Part shown: positions 9,512 to 20,334 of the stretch, piece after piece
Layout: each line of letters starts with the position of its first letter
Numbering within the stretch: position 1 is the stretch's first letter
NCBI GenBank assembly: GCA_030059675.1
Contig: JANVYQ010000005.1
Location: 58,372 to 122,371, forward strand
Direction: 5' to 3'
From: Candidatus Pelearchaeum maunauluense
GTDB lineage: Archaea > Thermoproteota > Nitrososphaeria_A > Caldarchaeales > Caldarchaeaceae
DNA length: 64,000 nucleotides
Translations under genes and position numbers: made by a program
Notes under the pieces: generated by a model
Told to the model about the DNA's origin: nothing
Databases searched by the model: none
The model's input: only the letters and a program-made list of their open reading frames with translations

Positions 9512-10915
9512 TTAGCGGCTTGTGTATTTCTTGGCAGCGGCTAGTATTTTTTCTGCTCTTTTCCTGTTGGCGGCTAGGTGTAGGTGCGTGTATTGGGCCT
9601 GGGTTTGGTGTATCATCCAGCCGTCCATCCCATTCACTATCCCTCTGCCATGTATCATCTTATAAGCGAACCTTGCATCTCTTGGGACATCCTCTATAAC
9701 CGAGAAGTGGAATTCATGGCCTCTTATCTTCTCGTCAATCTCTGATACTAGGTTGTCTCTTATGGTGTTGGCTAGGGTATAGTTCAGTGTGAGCTGTCTG
9801 GTCATGCGTGTATCAGCATCTAAAACACCAACCATCCTATACTTGTTATCATCAAAGTCTATTATCGTGCGTGTAAGATACATTAAGCCACCGCATTCGC
9901 AGTAAATGGGCATCTCATCCTCAACAGCCTTCTTCAAAGCGTTAATCATGCTCCAGTTCTCTGAGAGTTGTTTAGCGAAGCTCTCTGGAAATCCACCTCC
10001 CATGTATATAAATGCGGTGTCCTTAGGGAGGATGTTATCGTGGATTGGGCTGAAGAAAATCAGCCTAGCTCCCAGCTCTTCTAGAAGCATTAGAGAATCC
10101 CAGTAGTAGAAGTTGAATGCCTCATCATACGCCACAGCTATGCATGGACGCCCTTCATCATCAACTATCCTTTCTTTCCTGATTCTGGCCATGCTGGATA
10201 AACGCGGTGCTCCTTTCGCTATTTCCAACACTGCGTCAAGGTTTATGTGCTCCTCAATGAATAGAGCAATAGCGTCAAGTTTTTCCTGAATTTCTTCCCG
10301 TTCATGCGTCGGTATTAGGCCGAGGTGTCTTTCTGGTAATGCTATGTCTGGATTGTATGGTAGGGCTCCTACTATGCGTGTCTTTGTAAAGCGTTTAATT
10401 GCTTCACTACACCATTTTGCGTGTTTTTCCCCTGCTACCTTGTTTAGTATTACTCCCTCTATGCTAAGTCCTTTGCCAAGAGATTTAGCGCCCCTAACTA
10501 CCGCTGCCGCGCTCCCAGCCATGCGCGAGACATCAACAACAAGCAGCACAGGAGCTTTGAGGAGTCGTGCAATCTCGGCGGTGCTTGCAGTGTGGCTTCT
10601 CCCGCTTAGCCCATCAAAAAGCCCCATAACCCCCTCAATTACAGCAACATCAGCATCAAGCATAACATGCTTGAACAGGCTGACAACCCTGCTTTTACTC
10701 AGCAACCATGTATCTAGGTTTCTGGACGGCCTGCCTGTTGCCGCCATGTGGTAGCTGGGGTCTATGAAGTCTGGCCCGACTTTAAAGCCCTGCACTTTGA
10801 GGCCGCGTCTCTTTAGGGCGGCCATCAGGCCGGCCGCTATTGTTGTCTTGCCTACGCCGCTCTCTATCCCTGCTACGACCACGCGGGGTGCTCTTATATT
10901 GGATATGCGCCGCAC
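9512..10915 (-). CDS. cbiA: Cobyrinic acid a,c-diamide synthase (CbiA/CobB)
   Basis: SGVGKTT, FKVGPDFIDP, IEGVMGLFDG, ERHLGL and GATase ECGGLMYL/GHEFH. Confidence 0.93.
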   Translation of the reverse strand: MRRISNIRAPRVVVAGIESGVGKTTIAAGLMAALKRRGLKVQGFKVGPDFIDPSYHMAATGRPSRNLDTWLLSKSRVVSLFKHVMLDADVAVIEGVMGLFDGLSGRSHTASTAEIARLLKAPVLLVVDVSRMAGSAAAVVRGAKSLGKGLSIEGVILNKVAGEKHAKWCSEAIKRFTKTRIVGALPYNPDIALPERHLGLIPTHEREEIQEKLDAIALFIEEHINLDAVLEIAKGAPRLSSMARIRKERIVDDEGRPCIAVAYDEAFNFYYWDSLMLLEELGARLIFFSPIHDNILPKDTAFIYMGGGFPESFAKQLSENWSMINALKKAVEDEMPIYCECGGLMYLTRTIIDFDDNKYRMVGVLDADTRMTRQLTLNYTLANTIRDNLVSEIDEKIRGHEFHFSVIEDVPRDARFAYKMIHGRGIVNGMDGWMIHQTQAQYTHLHLAANRKRAEKILAAAKKYTSR

Positions 10916-11883
10916 ACCCGACAGTAGTTCGCCCCTTCCCTGAGATGCGTCATGCAGTCTGGGCAGGTCTTCTCGCCCTCGCCCATCCTACGCGGAACGC
11001 CCACGACCTGCCTGAACACGCGGTAATAAAGCAGCCCTTCGCGACTCCTTATAACAACACCATCATCCTCAAAGAACTTCATCTTCATGGCCTCATACTC
11101 CTCATCGGTTATGAGCGATGTAATCTCTGAGAGAACTTCATTCACTCCAGAGCCAGCGCCTATGTGAAGCTTAGAGCGCCAAAGAAGACGGCTAGGGAGT
11201 ATGCCCTCATAAGCCTTCCTAAGTATCCACTTACCCCAAACTATGCCCCGTTCCTCACGCACCTTAAGGCTACTGTCAATCTGCATGGCCATGTTCATGA
11301 ACTGCTCATCCAAGTAAGGTAGTCTAGCGTTAATCCCAAGCGACGCGGCTAGGGGTCTGGAAGAGAAGCTCATGACCTTCCAGGTTCTCTGGAGAGCCTG
11401 TTCAAGCTCATCTCGCGGTAGCTTATAGTAGAATGTGTAGCCAGCGAAGAGCTCGTCGGCTCCGTCCCCAGTCATTACGGCGTCAAACCCGCGTTGCTTA
11501 GCTTCTATCAACCCAAGGTAAGCGGCTATGCTACCGTTAATCTCCATCGGGTCGTAGCTCCTAACAACCCTGATTACATCGGGCAAAACCCGGAGTATTT
11601 CATCCTCGGTCGGCGTAACTACTACATGCTTAATGCCATACTGGGATGCTACAATCTTAGCATACTCTAGGTCTTCATGAACGCTTCCCGCAGCTACGGT
11701 TATGCCGGTGAGGCTGGTATAGCGTGAAGCAACCGCAGCTAGGATTGAGGTATCCAAACCGCCTGAGAGGAGAAGGCAATCGGCCAAGTTTCGCTTAACT
11801 GCCAAGTCCAGCAGGTTGCGTAAGTTAATGCAAATAGGCTCAATATCCTCCTGCGCTACCTCCCCTACACCACTTCCCTCCAC
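10894..11883 (-). CDS. Asparagine-synthase-like ATP pyrophosphatase (synthase domain only) with C-terminal zinc ribbon
   Basis: LSGGLDTS, TGDGADELFAGY, RLPYLD and KWILRKA motifs; no Ntn glutaminase domain; C-terminal CPDC...CRVC. Confidence 0.85.
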   Translation of the reverse strand: MEGSGVGEVAQEDIEPICINLRNLLDLAVKRNLADCLLLSGGLDTSILAAVASRYTSLTGITVAAGSVHEDLEYAKIVASQYGIKHVVVTPTEDEILRVLPDVIRVVRSYDPMEINGSIAAYLGLIEAKQRGFDAVMTGDGADELFAGYTFYYKLPRDELEQALQRTWKVMSFSSRPLAASLGINARLPYLDEQFMNMAMQIDSSLKVREERGIVWGKWILRKAYEGILPSRLLWRSKLHIGAGSGVNEVLSEITSLITDEEYEAMKMKFFEDDGVVIRSREGLLYYRVFRQVVGVPRRMGEGEKTCPDCMTHLREGANYCRVCGAYPI

Positions 11884-11992
11884 GCGGAGCCGCGTCTATC
11901 GCTTATCTAATAAAAATTTTGGTTAGAATACCTGCCTGTATTTTCGGATTTAGCGGTTTTGTAAGGTGTTTGGGCTGGATGCTTGATGAAGG

Positions 11993-12028
11993 TTTATAAA
12001 TAAGTTGGTTGGATTATCCATCCAACTT
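11993..12028 (+). promoter_or_regulatory. TATA box (TTTATAAA) followed by a 27-bp palindromic candidate operator
   Basis: AAGTTGG-T-TGGAT-T-ATCCA-T-CCAACTT at 12002-12028, 12 of 13 arm positions complementary, lying between the TATA box and the ATG at 12044. Confidence 0.65.
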
Positions 12029-12043
12029 TTCTGGGGGATAAAA

Positions 12044-13297
12044 ATGACAAACTCCATACAACCTGTAAAAAAACCAGCCATACTGGCTGTGTTCGGTCTT
12101 ATCATAGGCCTAGTGCTGGGCCTAGCCATCGGGCCGCTTGTCCAACAAGCTGAGACAACCACAGTTGTAACGACGGCCTATCAGACAGTAGAGAGAACTA
12201 CTACGCTCACAGAAACGCGTGTAACAACTATTACAGAAACCGTTGAGATTTTGGAGAAACGCCAGCTCCCGCCGCTTAAGCTGGAGATAAAATACGCGAA
12301 GCTGTTTGATGTTACGTTCTATGATGGCTATAAGGTTGTGCGCGATGCGCTCAATAGAACATTAATCTTGGTACCGCGTGGTGCTGAGCCGCCGCAGGAT
12401 GTGGAGGGTGTAGTAATCTACACACCCGTGGAGCGGGTAGTTCTTCTCAGCGCAACCCACGTTGCTCTGCTAGAAAGACTGAAAGAACTCAAGCCCGATA
12501 TATTGGGCAGTGTGGTTGGAATAGCTTGGGGAGGAAGCTATGAGTGGTATTTCCAAGATGTGAAGAAGGCTCTTGAGGAAGGCTCTATCAAGGATGTGGG
12601 CGCTGCGTGGTCGCCTAACCTTGAGGAGATAGTAGCCCTCAAACCTGACCTGATGGTGATCTACACATTCCCAGGCGATACCCTGCCTGGGAAGCTTGAC
12701 GAGCTGGGAATACCATATGTAGTTGATAATGAGTGGCTGGAGAACCATCCACTGGGAAGATTTGAGTGGATTAAATTCATAGCAACATTCTACGACCTGG
12801 ATTATGAAGCTGCGCAGATATTCGCAAATGTTGAGGAAACGGTAAAGGAGTTAAGAGAGCTGGTCAGCGGGTCAGCCGCGCCTCGTGTGGCTTGGTTCAG
12901 CGTGTATAAGGGAACAGTATATGCAAGCGGTGGCCGCTCATACGTGGTTGTAGCCCTAAAGGAGCTGGGCGCAGACTATATCTTCAGCGACACAACAGCG
13001 ACAGGCAGCGTGACGCCAACTATGGAGGAGCTAGTATCACGCGCAGCAGATGCGGATGTCATAGTCTATGCATCAGACATCATAGCGAGTATTGAAGACC
13101 TTCTGAAAGAGGTTCCTGGCCTTGCTGATTCAAAGGCGGTGAAGGAAGGCCGTGTCTATATCTTCTCCAAGACTTATTGGCAGCTTGGCTTTGCCTATAC
13201 TGAAGAATGGTACCGCGACTTGGCTGCTATACTATACCCTGAGCTTTTCCCAGACTACGAGCCGCAGTTCTTCATAAGGCTTGCCAGCGGTGGGTGA
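12044..13297 (+). CDS. ABC transporter substrate-binding protein, cobalamin/Fe-siderophore (TroA-like) family
   Basis: N-terminal TM, Thr linker, PVERVVLLS, NLEEIVALKPD and PLGRFEWIKF; ATG 12044 preferred over track start 12005. Confidence 0.88.
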   Translation: MTNSIQPVKKPAILAVFGLIIGLVLGLAIGPLVQQAETTTVVTTAYQTVERTTTLTETRVTTITETVEILEKRQLPPLKLEIKYAKLFDVTFYDGYKVVRDALNRTLILVPRGAEPPQDVEGVVIYTPVERVVLLSATHVALLERLKELKPDILGSVVGIAWGGSYEWYFQDVKKALEEGSIKDVGAAWSPNLEEIVALKPDLMVIYTFPGDTLPGKLDELGIPYVVDNEWLENHPLGRFEWIKFIATFYDLDYEAAQIFANVEETVKELRELVSGSAAPRVAWFSVYKGTVYASGGRSYVVVALKELGADYIFSDTTATGSVTPTMEELVSRAADADVIVYASDIIASIEDLLKEVPGLADSKAVKEGRVYIFSKTYWQLGFAYTEEWYRDLAAILYPELFPDYEPQFFIRLASGG

Positions 13298-14318
13298 TGT
13301 GGCCGCGCAGCCGCGTATCTTAATGCTCTTTACAACATTCCTGCTAGCCCAGCCCCTTACCATCTTATTCTCAGTCTCCATAGGTAGTTTGGCAATACCC
13401 TTCAATAGCGTTATTGATGCGCTGGTTAACGGCTTTAGAGGAGATGATATAGTCTCAACCGTAATATGGAGTATACGGCTTCCACGTACTATAACCGCCG
13501 CTCTAGGAGGCGCTGGCCTGGCCGTCGCAGGAGTTATGCTACAAGTATTCTTCCGCAACCCGCTGGCAGACCCGTATATACTCGGAATAGCTTCAGGCTC
13601 TTCGCTCTTCGTAGCATTAGCCATACTAGCGGGATTCACCTTCGGCATAGTAGCGTCGCCATACGACCCGTATTTCCTCTTCACTGCCAGCTTCCTAGGC
13701 GCTGCCGCCGTGTCAGCGCTGATAATAACACTTTCAAGCATTGTCAGGAGCGTAATCACCCTATTAGTGGCTGGCCTTATGATAGGCTATTTAGCGTCTG
13801 CCCTAACTAGCATACTACAATATCTGGCCGACATAGAGCGCGTACGCGCGTTCATCTTCTGGGTGTTGGGAAGTTTCGCAGGCGCTAAGTGGATACATAT
13901 AACTCCCATGACTGTAGCTGTTCTCGCGGGAGTTACGGCGTCTCTATTCTTAGCTAAACCGTTCAACGCTTTATTGTTGAGCGATGACTATGCGAGGAGC
14001 CTGGGGGTGCGTATAAGGTTTGTGAGGCTGTCGGCAATAGCCATCACGGCTCTACTCACATCAAGCGTCACAGTTGTAGCAGGCCCCATAGGATTTGTGG
14101 GGCTTGCTGTCCCCTACTTAGCTAGGCTGGCCGCCCAAAGCTCGGATAATAGGCTACTCATACCCCTCTCCGCCCTCCTAGGCTCAACAGTAACGGTAGC
14201 CGCGGACATGGCCGCGCGCACATTACTCTCACCTATAGAGCTGCCCGTAAGCGCAATAACAGCCCTATTCGGTGTTCCTATAGTAATCATGCTTCTAATT
14301 AGGAGGGGCTCTCTATAA
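13281..14318 (+). CDS. FecCD/BtuC-family ABC permease
   Basis: IRLPR, FRNPLADPYILGIASG, ARSLGV and GPIGFVGLAVP motifs. Confidence 0.92.
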   Translation: MPAVGDVAAQPRILMLFTTFLLAQPLTILFSVSIGSLAIPFNSVIDALVNGFRGDDIVSTVIWSIRLPRTITAALGGAGLAVAGVMLQVFFRNPLADPYILGIASGSSLFVALAILAGFTFGIVASPYDPYFLFTASFLGAAAVSALIITLSSIVRSVITLLVAGLMIGYLASALTSILQYLADIERVRAFIFWVLGSFAGAKWIHITPMTVAVLAGVTASLFLAKPFNALLLSDDYARSLGVRIRFVRLSAIAITALLTSSVTVVAGPIGFVGLAVPYLARLAAQSSDNRLLIPLSALLGSTVTVAADMAARTLLSPIELPVSAITALFGVPIVIMLLIRRGSL

Positions 14319-15568
14319 TGATGCTGAAAACCGATAAAATAGTAAGACGTTATACAGAGATTATTAGAGAACCTCGACATCATGCTCTAAGAAGTCATAA
14401 GCTAAAAGTTGGCTATCCTAAGCGTATAGTGATAAGCGGTGTAGAGCTTGAAGTTCTTCCTGGAGAATTTATCGCTGTAATAGGTCCAAATGCTTCGGGA
14501 AAATCAACCCTGTTAAAAACACTGGCCGGCCTGCTGAAGCCGCTGGGCGGTGTGGTCTACCTAGATGGGAGGGAGATAACCCGCTGGCGCCCGCGCGAGC
14601 TTGCCACGAAGCTTGGGGTGGTCTTAACAGAACGGGTAAACCCAGGCCTTATGACAGCTTTTGAGGTAGTAGCGCTGGGTAGATACTCATACACAGGAGC
14701 CTTAGCGCGGCTCACTAGGCGGGATAAGGAGATAGTTCTTAAAGCTCTGGAGAGCGTAGAAGCCCAGCACCTAGCCAATCGCCGTTTCAACGAGCTTAGC
14801 GATGGTGAAAAGCAGAAGATAATGGTAGCACGCGCACTAGCCCAAGAGCCACAAATAATAATTCTAGACGAGCCCACCACGCATCTAGACGCGCGAAACA
14901 AGATAGAGATTCTCCTGTTGTTGCGGCGTCTGGCGCGTGAGAAAACAATAACGGTTATTGTCTCGCTTCATGAGGTTGAGCTTTCTCTTAGACTAGCTGA
15001 TAAGCTGGTTATAGTGAGGGATGGGCGTGCAGAGGTCTTTAACAATCCAGAAGAATTCATCATAGAGACGGGGGTTGAGACGCTTTACCTGATGAACGAT
15101 CGGGTGAGCTTCGACCATATCTCATACACGGTAGAGGTTCATGACGAGCCTAAGCGCGGTACGCCTGTCTTCGTCATAGCAGGGGCAGGCAAGGGCGCGC
15201 TAGTCTACCGCCTCTTAAAACGCCTAGGATATGTTATAAGAACTGGAATACTTCACGAAAACGACATAGACTACCACGTAGCAGCTAAGCTGCGCGCGGA
15301 TATAATATCAGAAAAACCCTACCAGCCGATAACAGAAAATACATACCTAAAGGCTCTTCACGCAGCAACAAGCGCTAATATAATCATAGACGCATCACCA
15401 CCAATAGGCCTGCTAAACTCCAAAAACCTAGAACTCGTCAAAGAGCTACGAAGAAGACAAAAAAGAATCGTGAAGATTATTGAAGAAGATGACAGCCCAA
15501 GAGACTATGATGAGGTATGCTGCACCTTAGCTATGCTTCCACGTATTTTAGAGGAGTTAATTAGGTAG
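14318..15568 (+). CDS. BtuD/FecE-type ABC ATPase with C-terminal extension
   Basis: GPNASGKST, LSDGEKQK, LDEPTTHLD; extra domain VFVIAGAGKG...GILHENDIDY. Confidence 0.9.
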   Translation: MMLKTDKIVRRYTEIIREPRHHALRSHKLKVGYPKRIVISGVELEVLPGEFIAVIGPNASGKSTLLKTLAGLLKPLGGVVYLDGREITRWRPRELATKLGVVLTERVNPGLMTAFEVVALGRYSYTGALARLTRRDKEIVLKALESVEAQHLANRRFNELSDGEKQKIMVARALAQEPQIIILDEPTTHLDARNKIEILLLLRRLAREKTITVIVSLHEVELSLRLADKLVIVRDGRAEVFNNPEEFIIETGVETLYLMNDRVSFDHISYTVEVHDEPKRGTPVFVIAGAGKGALVYRLLKRLGYVIRTGILHENDIDYHVAAKLRADIISEKPYQPITENTYLKALHAATSANIIIDASPPIGLLNSKNLELVKELRRRQKRIVKIIEEDDSPRDYDEVCCTLAMLPRILEELIR

Positions 15569-15593
15569 CTGGATTTGTTGGAGGAGGATAGCT

Positions 15594-16559
15594 ATGTCTT
15601 CATGTTCAAATAAGTCGTTGGGTTCTGGGGAGCTTCGTATTGTTTCAACCGTCCCAAGCGCTACTGAGATTGTATGCGCCTTGGGGCTTATAGACTCGCT
15701 GGTAGGCGTTACGTATGGGTGTGATTTTCCGCCAGAGGTACGCGGTAAGCCGATTGTAGTTGAGAGCACAATGCCTAAAGGGCTTACTATGCGCGAGATA
15801 CATGAGCTTGTGAGCAAAGCTAAACAACAAGGCAAAAACTATTTCAGTGTTAAACTTGACCTACTCGCGGAGCTTAAGCCCAACTTATTAATTTACCAAG
15901 GAGTATGCGACGTATGTTCTGTTCAGCAGAAGCAGGTTCATAACACGTTCAGCGTTAATCCATCCTCCTTCAACGTCTTATCACTACATGCGGAGAATAT
16001 AATGGGGATTCTTGACGATATTAGGCGTGTGGGTGGGGCTACTGCAAAGGCCGTTGAAGCGGCGTCGCTTGTTAGAAAACTCTCTATGAGGATTCAGGAG
16101 CTTAACACCATGGTCGTTGTGAAGAATAGACGGCCGCGTGTTTTGCTGATGGAGTGGCTAGACCCGCCGATAGTAGGTGGCCACTGGGCGCCTGAGCTGG
16201 TTAATCTAGCGGGTGGTCTTCCAACCTTGGCAGAGAGCGGCAGGCCCTCACAAACCGTTAGCTGGGATGAAATAGCTAGAGAAGACCCAGACATTATAGT
16301 TGCCGTCCCCTGCGGCTATACTGTTCCTGAGACACTGAGAGAGATGCGCAGGATATCTCCGCCTGAAGATTGGTGGAGGCTTAAAGCCGTGAGAGAGGGG
16401 CAGGTATGGGTTGCCGACGCGAGGTCTTACTTCTCAAGGCCAGGGCCACGCTTCATACACGGGCTTGAGATACTCGTGGAGCTCTTATGGGACATGCAGG
16501 CGTATAGCGATAGTGCTGGTGTTGAGCCATACGCCTTAGCCGAGCCTTGGCTTAGATGA
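15594..16559 (+). CDS. BtuF-like periplasmic-binding-fold protein lacking a signal peptide
   Basis: RIVSTVPSATEIVCALG, EWLDPP..GGHW.PE and YFSRPGPR; Cys motifs GCDFP, QGVCDVC and PCGY. Confidence 0.8.
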   Translation: MSSCSNKSLGSGELRIVSTVPSATEIVCALGLIDSLVGVTYGCDFPPEVRGKPIVVESTMPKGLTMREIHELVSKAKQQGKNYFSVKLDLLAELKPNLLIYQGVCDVCSVQQKQVHNTFSVNPSSFNVLSLHAENIMGILDDIRRVGGATAKAVEAASLVRKLSMRIQELNTMVVVKNRRPRVLLMEWLDPPIVGGHWAPELVNLAGGLPTLAESGRPSQTVSWDEIAREDPDIIVAVPCGYTVPETLREMRRISPPEDWWRLKAVREGQVWVADARSYFSRPGPRFIHGLEILVELLWDMQAYSDSAGVEPYALAEPWLR

Positions 16560-16563
16560 CAAT

Positions 16564-18207
<1,644 letters not shown>

Positions 18208-18286
18208 TCACCAAACAGGTTGGTTAAAGACTTTCCCCCATTATAAAACGAACAACCCAACATATTAAAGCGGAAATATATGATAG

Positions 18287-18360
18287 TGGACCGGCGGGGA
18301 TTTGAACCCCGGACCTCCCGCACGCCAGGCGGGCGATCCTCCAGGCTGATCTACCGGCCC
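18287..18360 (-). tRNA. tRNA-Ala(GGC)
   Basis: Reverse complement reads GGGCCGG TA GATC AGCCTGGAG GATC G CCCGC CT GGC GT GCGGG AGGTC CGGGG TTCAAAT CCCCG CCGGTCC A; G3:U70 identity pair present. Confidence 0.95.
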
Positions 18361-18405
18361 TCTCTTCTATGTGTTGTCTTTGTAGGGGTTTGTTTATTTT
18401 AAGAT

Positions 18406-18552
18406 TTAGCGTTTATGCTGTTGTGTTATTGCCCTTACACGGGCGGCTGGGTTGTTGGGATGGCTCTCAAATACGTGTTTTACAAATTCTTCATAGCTCT
18501 CAAACATGCTGCCGCATAGTGGGCATTTGATAATCCATTCTACTTTTCTCAA
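18406..18552 (-). CDS. Small C2H2 zinc-finger protein (48 aa)
   Basis: Below the track cutoff. TTG start gives MRKVEWIIKCPLCGSMFESYEEFVKHVFESHPNNPAARVRAITQQHKR*, with exact C-x2-C-x12-H-x4-H spacing and a TATA-like element about 30 nt upstream. Confidence 0.8.
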   Translation of the reverse strand: MRKVEWIIKCPLCGSMFESYEEFVKHVFESHPNNPAARVRAITQQHKR

Positions 18553-18615
18553 GGAGGGCGTTAATGGTGTTTCATCACCAAAACTTATATTTAATGTAGA
18601 TTATGTCGCCTGCTG

Positions 18616-19839
18616 ATGAACATAGACTTCCTCACAATAGAAGACTTGGATCTCGCGGGTAAGACCGTGATTGTGCGGGTTGATATTAATTCGCCGATAA
18701 ACCCCAAGACTGGCGAGTTGTTGGAGGTTAATAGGATTAGAGAGGCTAGTATTACGCTTAAGTCTCTTGAGGACTCTAAGGTTGTTGTTATCTCTCATCA
18801 GGGAAGGGTTGGTAGGTATGATTATGTCTCGCTTAGACAGCACTGTAAGGCGCTCTCTGAGATTATGGGTAAGGAGGTGAGGTTTGTTGAGGACGTATTC
18901 GGCGAGGCCGCGCGTAAAGCGATTACCAGTCTTGAGAAAGGAGATGTTCTGATGCTTGAGAACCTACGGTTTGCCGCCGAGGAGAATTATGAATATTCTC
19001 CAGAGGAGGCGGCAAAGACGCATATTGTAAGCAAGCTGGCCAAGTATCTCGACGCGTGCGTGCTTGATGCCTTCCCGACAGCCCATAGGGCTCACCCGTC
19101 AATCGTCGGCTTCGCCGCAATACTACCAACATGCGCTGGCCGCCTCGTGGCTAAGGAGCTGAAATCCCTCAGTCGCGTTATGCTCACCGCCAAAGCCCCC
19201 TACACGGCTGTTCTTGGAGGAGCGAAGATACAAGACCGACTGGAAGCTATTGACGCTTTGATAGAGAACGGCAAGGCTGATAATGTCTTGCTAACAGGCC
19301 TTATAGGGCTTGTCTTTCTCCGAGCAGCCAACAAGCTTAAGACACCCCTAAAGCCTGAGCATGAGAAGTTCGTAGGCAGAGCACGCGAGCTGTTGAACCG
19401 TTATTCAGAAGCATTCCATCTTCCCGAAGATGTGGCTATACAGAAAAACGGAGAGCGTGTAGAGATAAAACCAGAACAACTAACTAGCGATGTTGCTGTC
19501 TTAGATATCGGAGAGGAGACTATAAGGAAATACTCCAAGATAATCAAGAGCTCTGGTACTGTGTTTATGAGCGGCCCTCCAGGTTTCTTTGAGATGGATG
19601 GGTTTGAGAAAGGGACGCATGAGCTTCTTCTAGCTATGGCCAGCTCTTTAGGGACTACGATTATCAGCGGTGGCCATCTCTCAGCCGCTCTGGAGATGGT
19701 GGGCGTCAAGGAGTGGATAGATCACGTGAGCACTGCTGGCGGCGCCCTAGTCATGTTCATGGCTGGGAAGAAACTCCCCCTCATAGAGGCGCTGCGCATG
19801 GCAGCGGCTAGGCAGCGGGGCGAGAAAATAATCCAATAA
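18616..19839 (+). CDS. pgk: Phosphoglycerate kinase (archaeal type)
   Basis: VRVDINSP, SHQGR, LENLRF, DAFPTAHRAHPS, LGGAK and HVSTAGGA. Confidence 0.95.
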   Translation: MNIDFLTIEDLDLAGKTVIVRVDINSPINPKTGELLEVNRIREASITLKSLEDSKVVVISHQGRVGRYDYVSLRQHCKALSEIMGKEVRFVEDVFGEAARKAITSLEKGDVLMLENLRFAAEENYEYSPEEAAKTHIVSKLAKYLDACVLDAFPTAHRAHPSIVGFAAILPTCAGRLVAKELKSLSRVMLTAKAPYTAVLGGAKIQDRLEAIDALIENGKADNVLLTGLIGLVFLRAANKLKTPLKPEHEKFVGRARELLNRYSEAFHLPEDVAIQKNGERVEIKPEQLTSDVAVLDIGEETIRKYSKIIKSSGTVFMSGPPGFFEMDGFEKGTHELLLAMASSLGTTIISGGHLSAALEMVGVKEWIDHVSTAGGALVMFMAGKKLPLIEALRMAAARQRGEKIIQ

Positions 19840-19861
19840 AAATAATCGAGGTGTATAATGC

Positions 19862-20329
19862 GTGAAACGGATAAAACCAGAACAACGTCTTAAAGAGCTG
19901 GGGATAACTCTCCCCGAAGTCTCTGCGCCTGTCGCCAATTATGTCCCCACCCTACGTGTTGGAAAACTACTCTTTGTCAGCGGCGCTTTACCGCGGAGTG
20001 GTGGGGAGATGCTCTACAAGGGTAAGGTTGGCCGTGAGCTAACAGTCGAGCAAGGCTACGAGGCTGCACGGCTGGCCGCGCTCAGCTGCTTAGCCACAAT
20101 TAGACAAGCATTAGGGACGCTCAATAAGGTGCGCAGAATAGTACGGGTAACAGGATACGTTGCCTCTGCCGAGGGCTTCAACGACCAGCCGAAGGTAGTT
20201 AATGGAGCTTCTGATGTGCTAGTGGAGATATTTGGAGACGCGGGAAGGCACACCCGCGTAGCAATAGGTGTTTATGAGCTTCCACTGGGAGCGCCTGTAG
20301 AGGTGGAGATGATAGCTCAGACGGTATAG
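19862..20329 (+). CDS. RidA/YjgF family protein (YjgF_YER057c-like subfamily)
   Basis: PVANYVP, FNDQPKVVNGASD and GRHTRVAIGV..LPLGAPVEVE. Confidence 0.88.
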   Translation: MKRIKPEQRLKELGITLPEVSAPVANYVPTLRVGKLLFVSGALPRSGGEMLYKGKVGRELTVEQGYEAARLAALSCLATIRQALGTLNKVRRIVRVTGYVASAEGFNDQPKVVNGASDVLVEIFGDAGRHTRVAIGVYELPLGAPVEVEMIAQTV

Positions 20330-20334
20330 AAGAA

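Noticed and set aside
11884-12043. Cobalamin riboswitch upstream of the Btu-like operon
   Set aside because: No B12-box or conserved GGGAA core, and the leader after the TATA box is too short.
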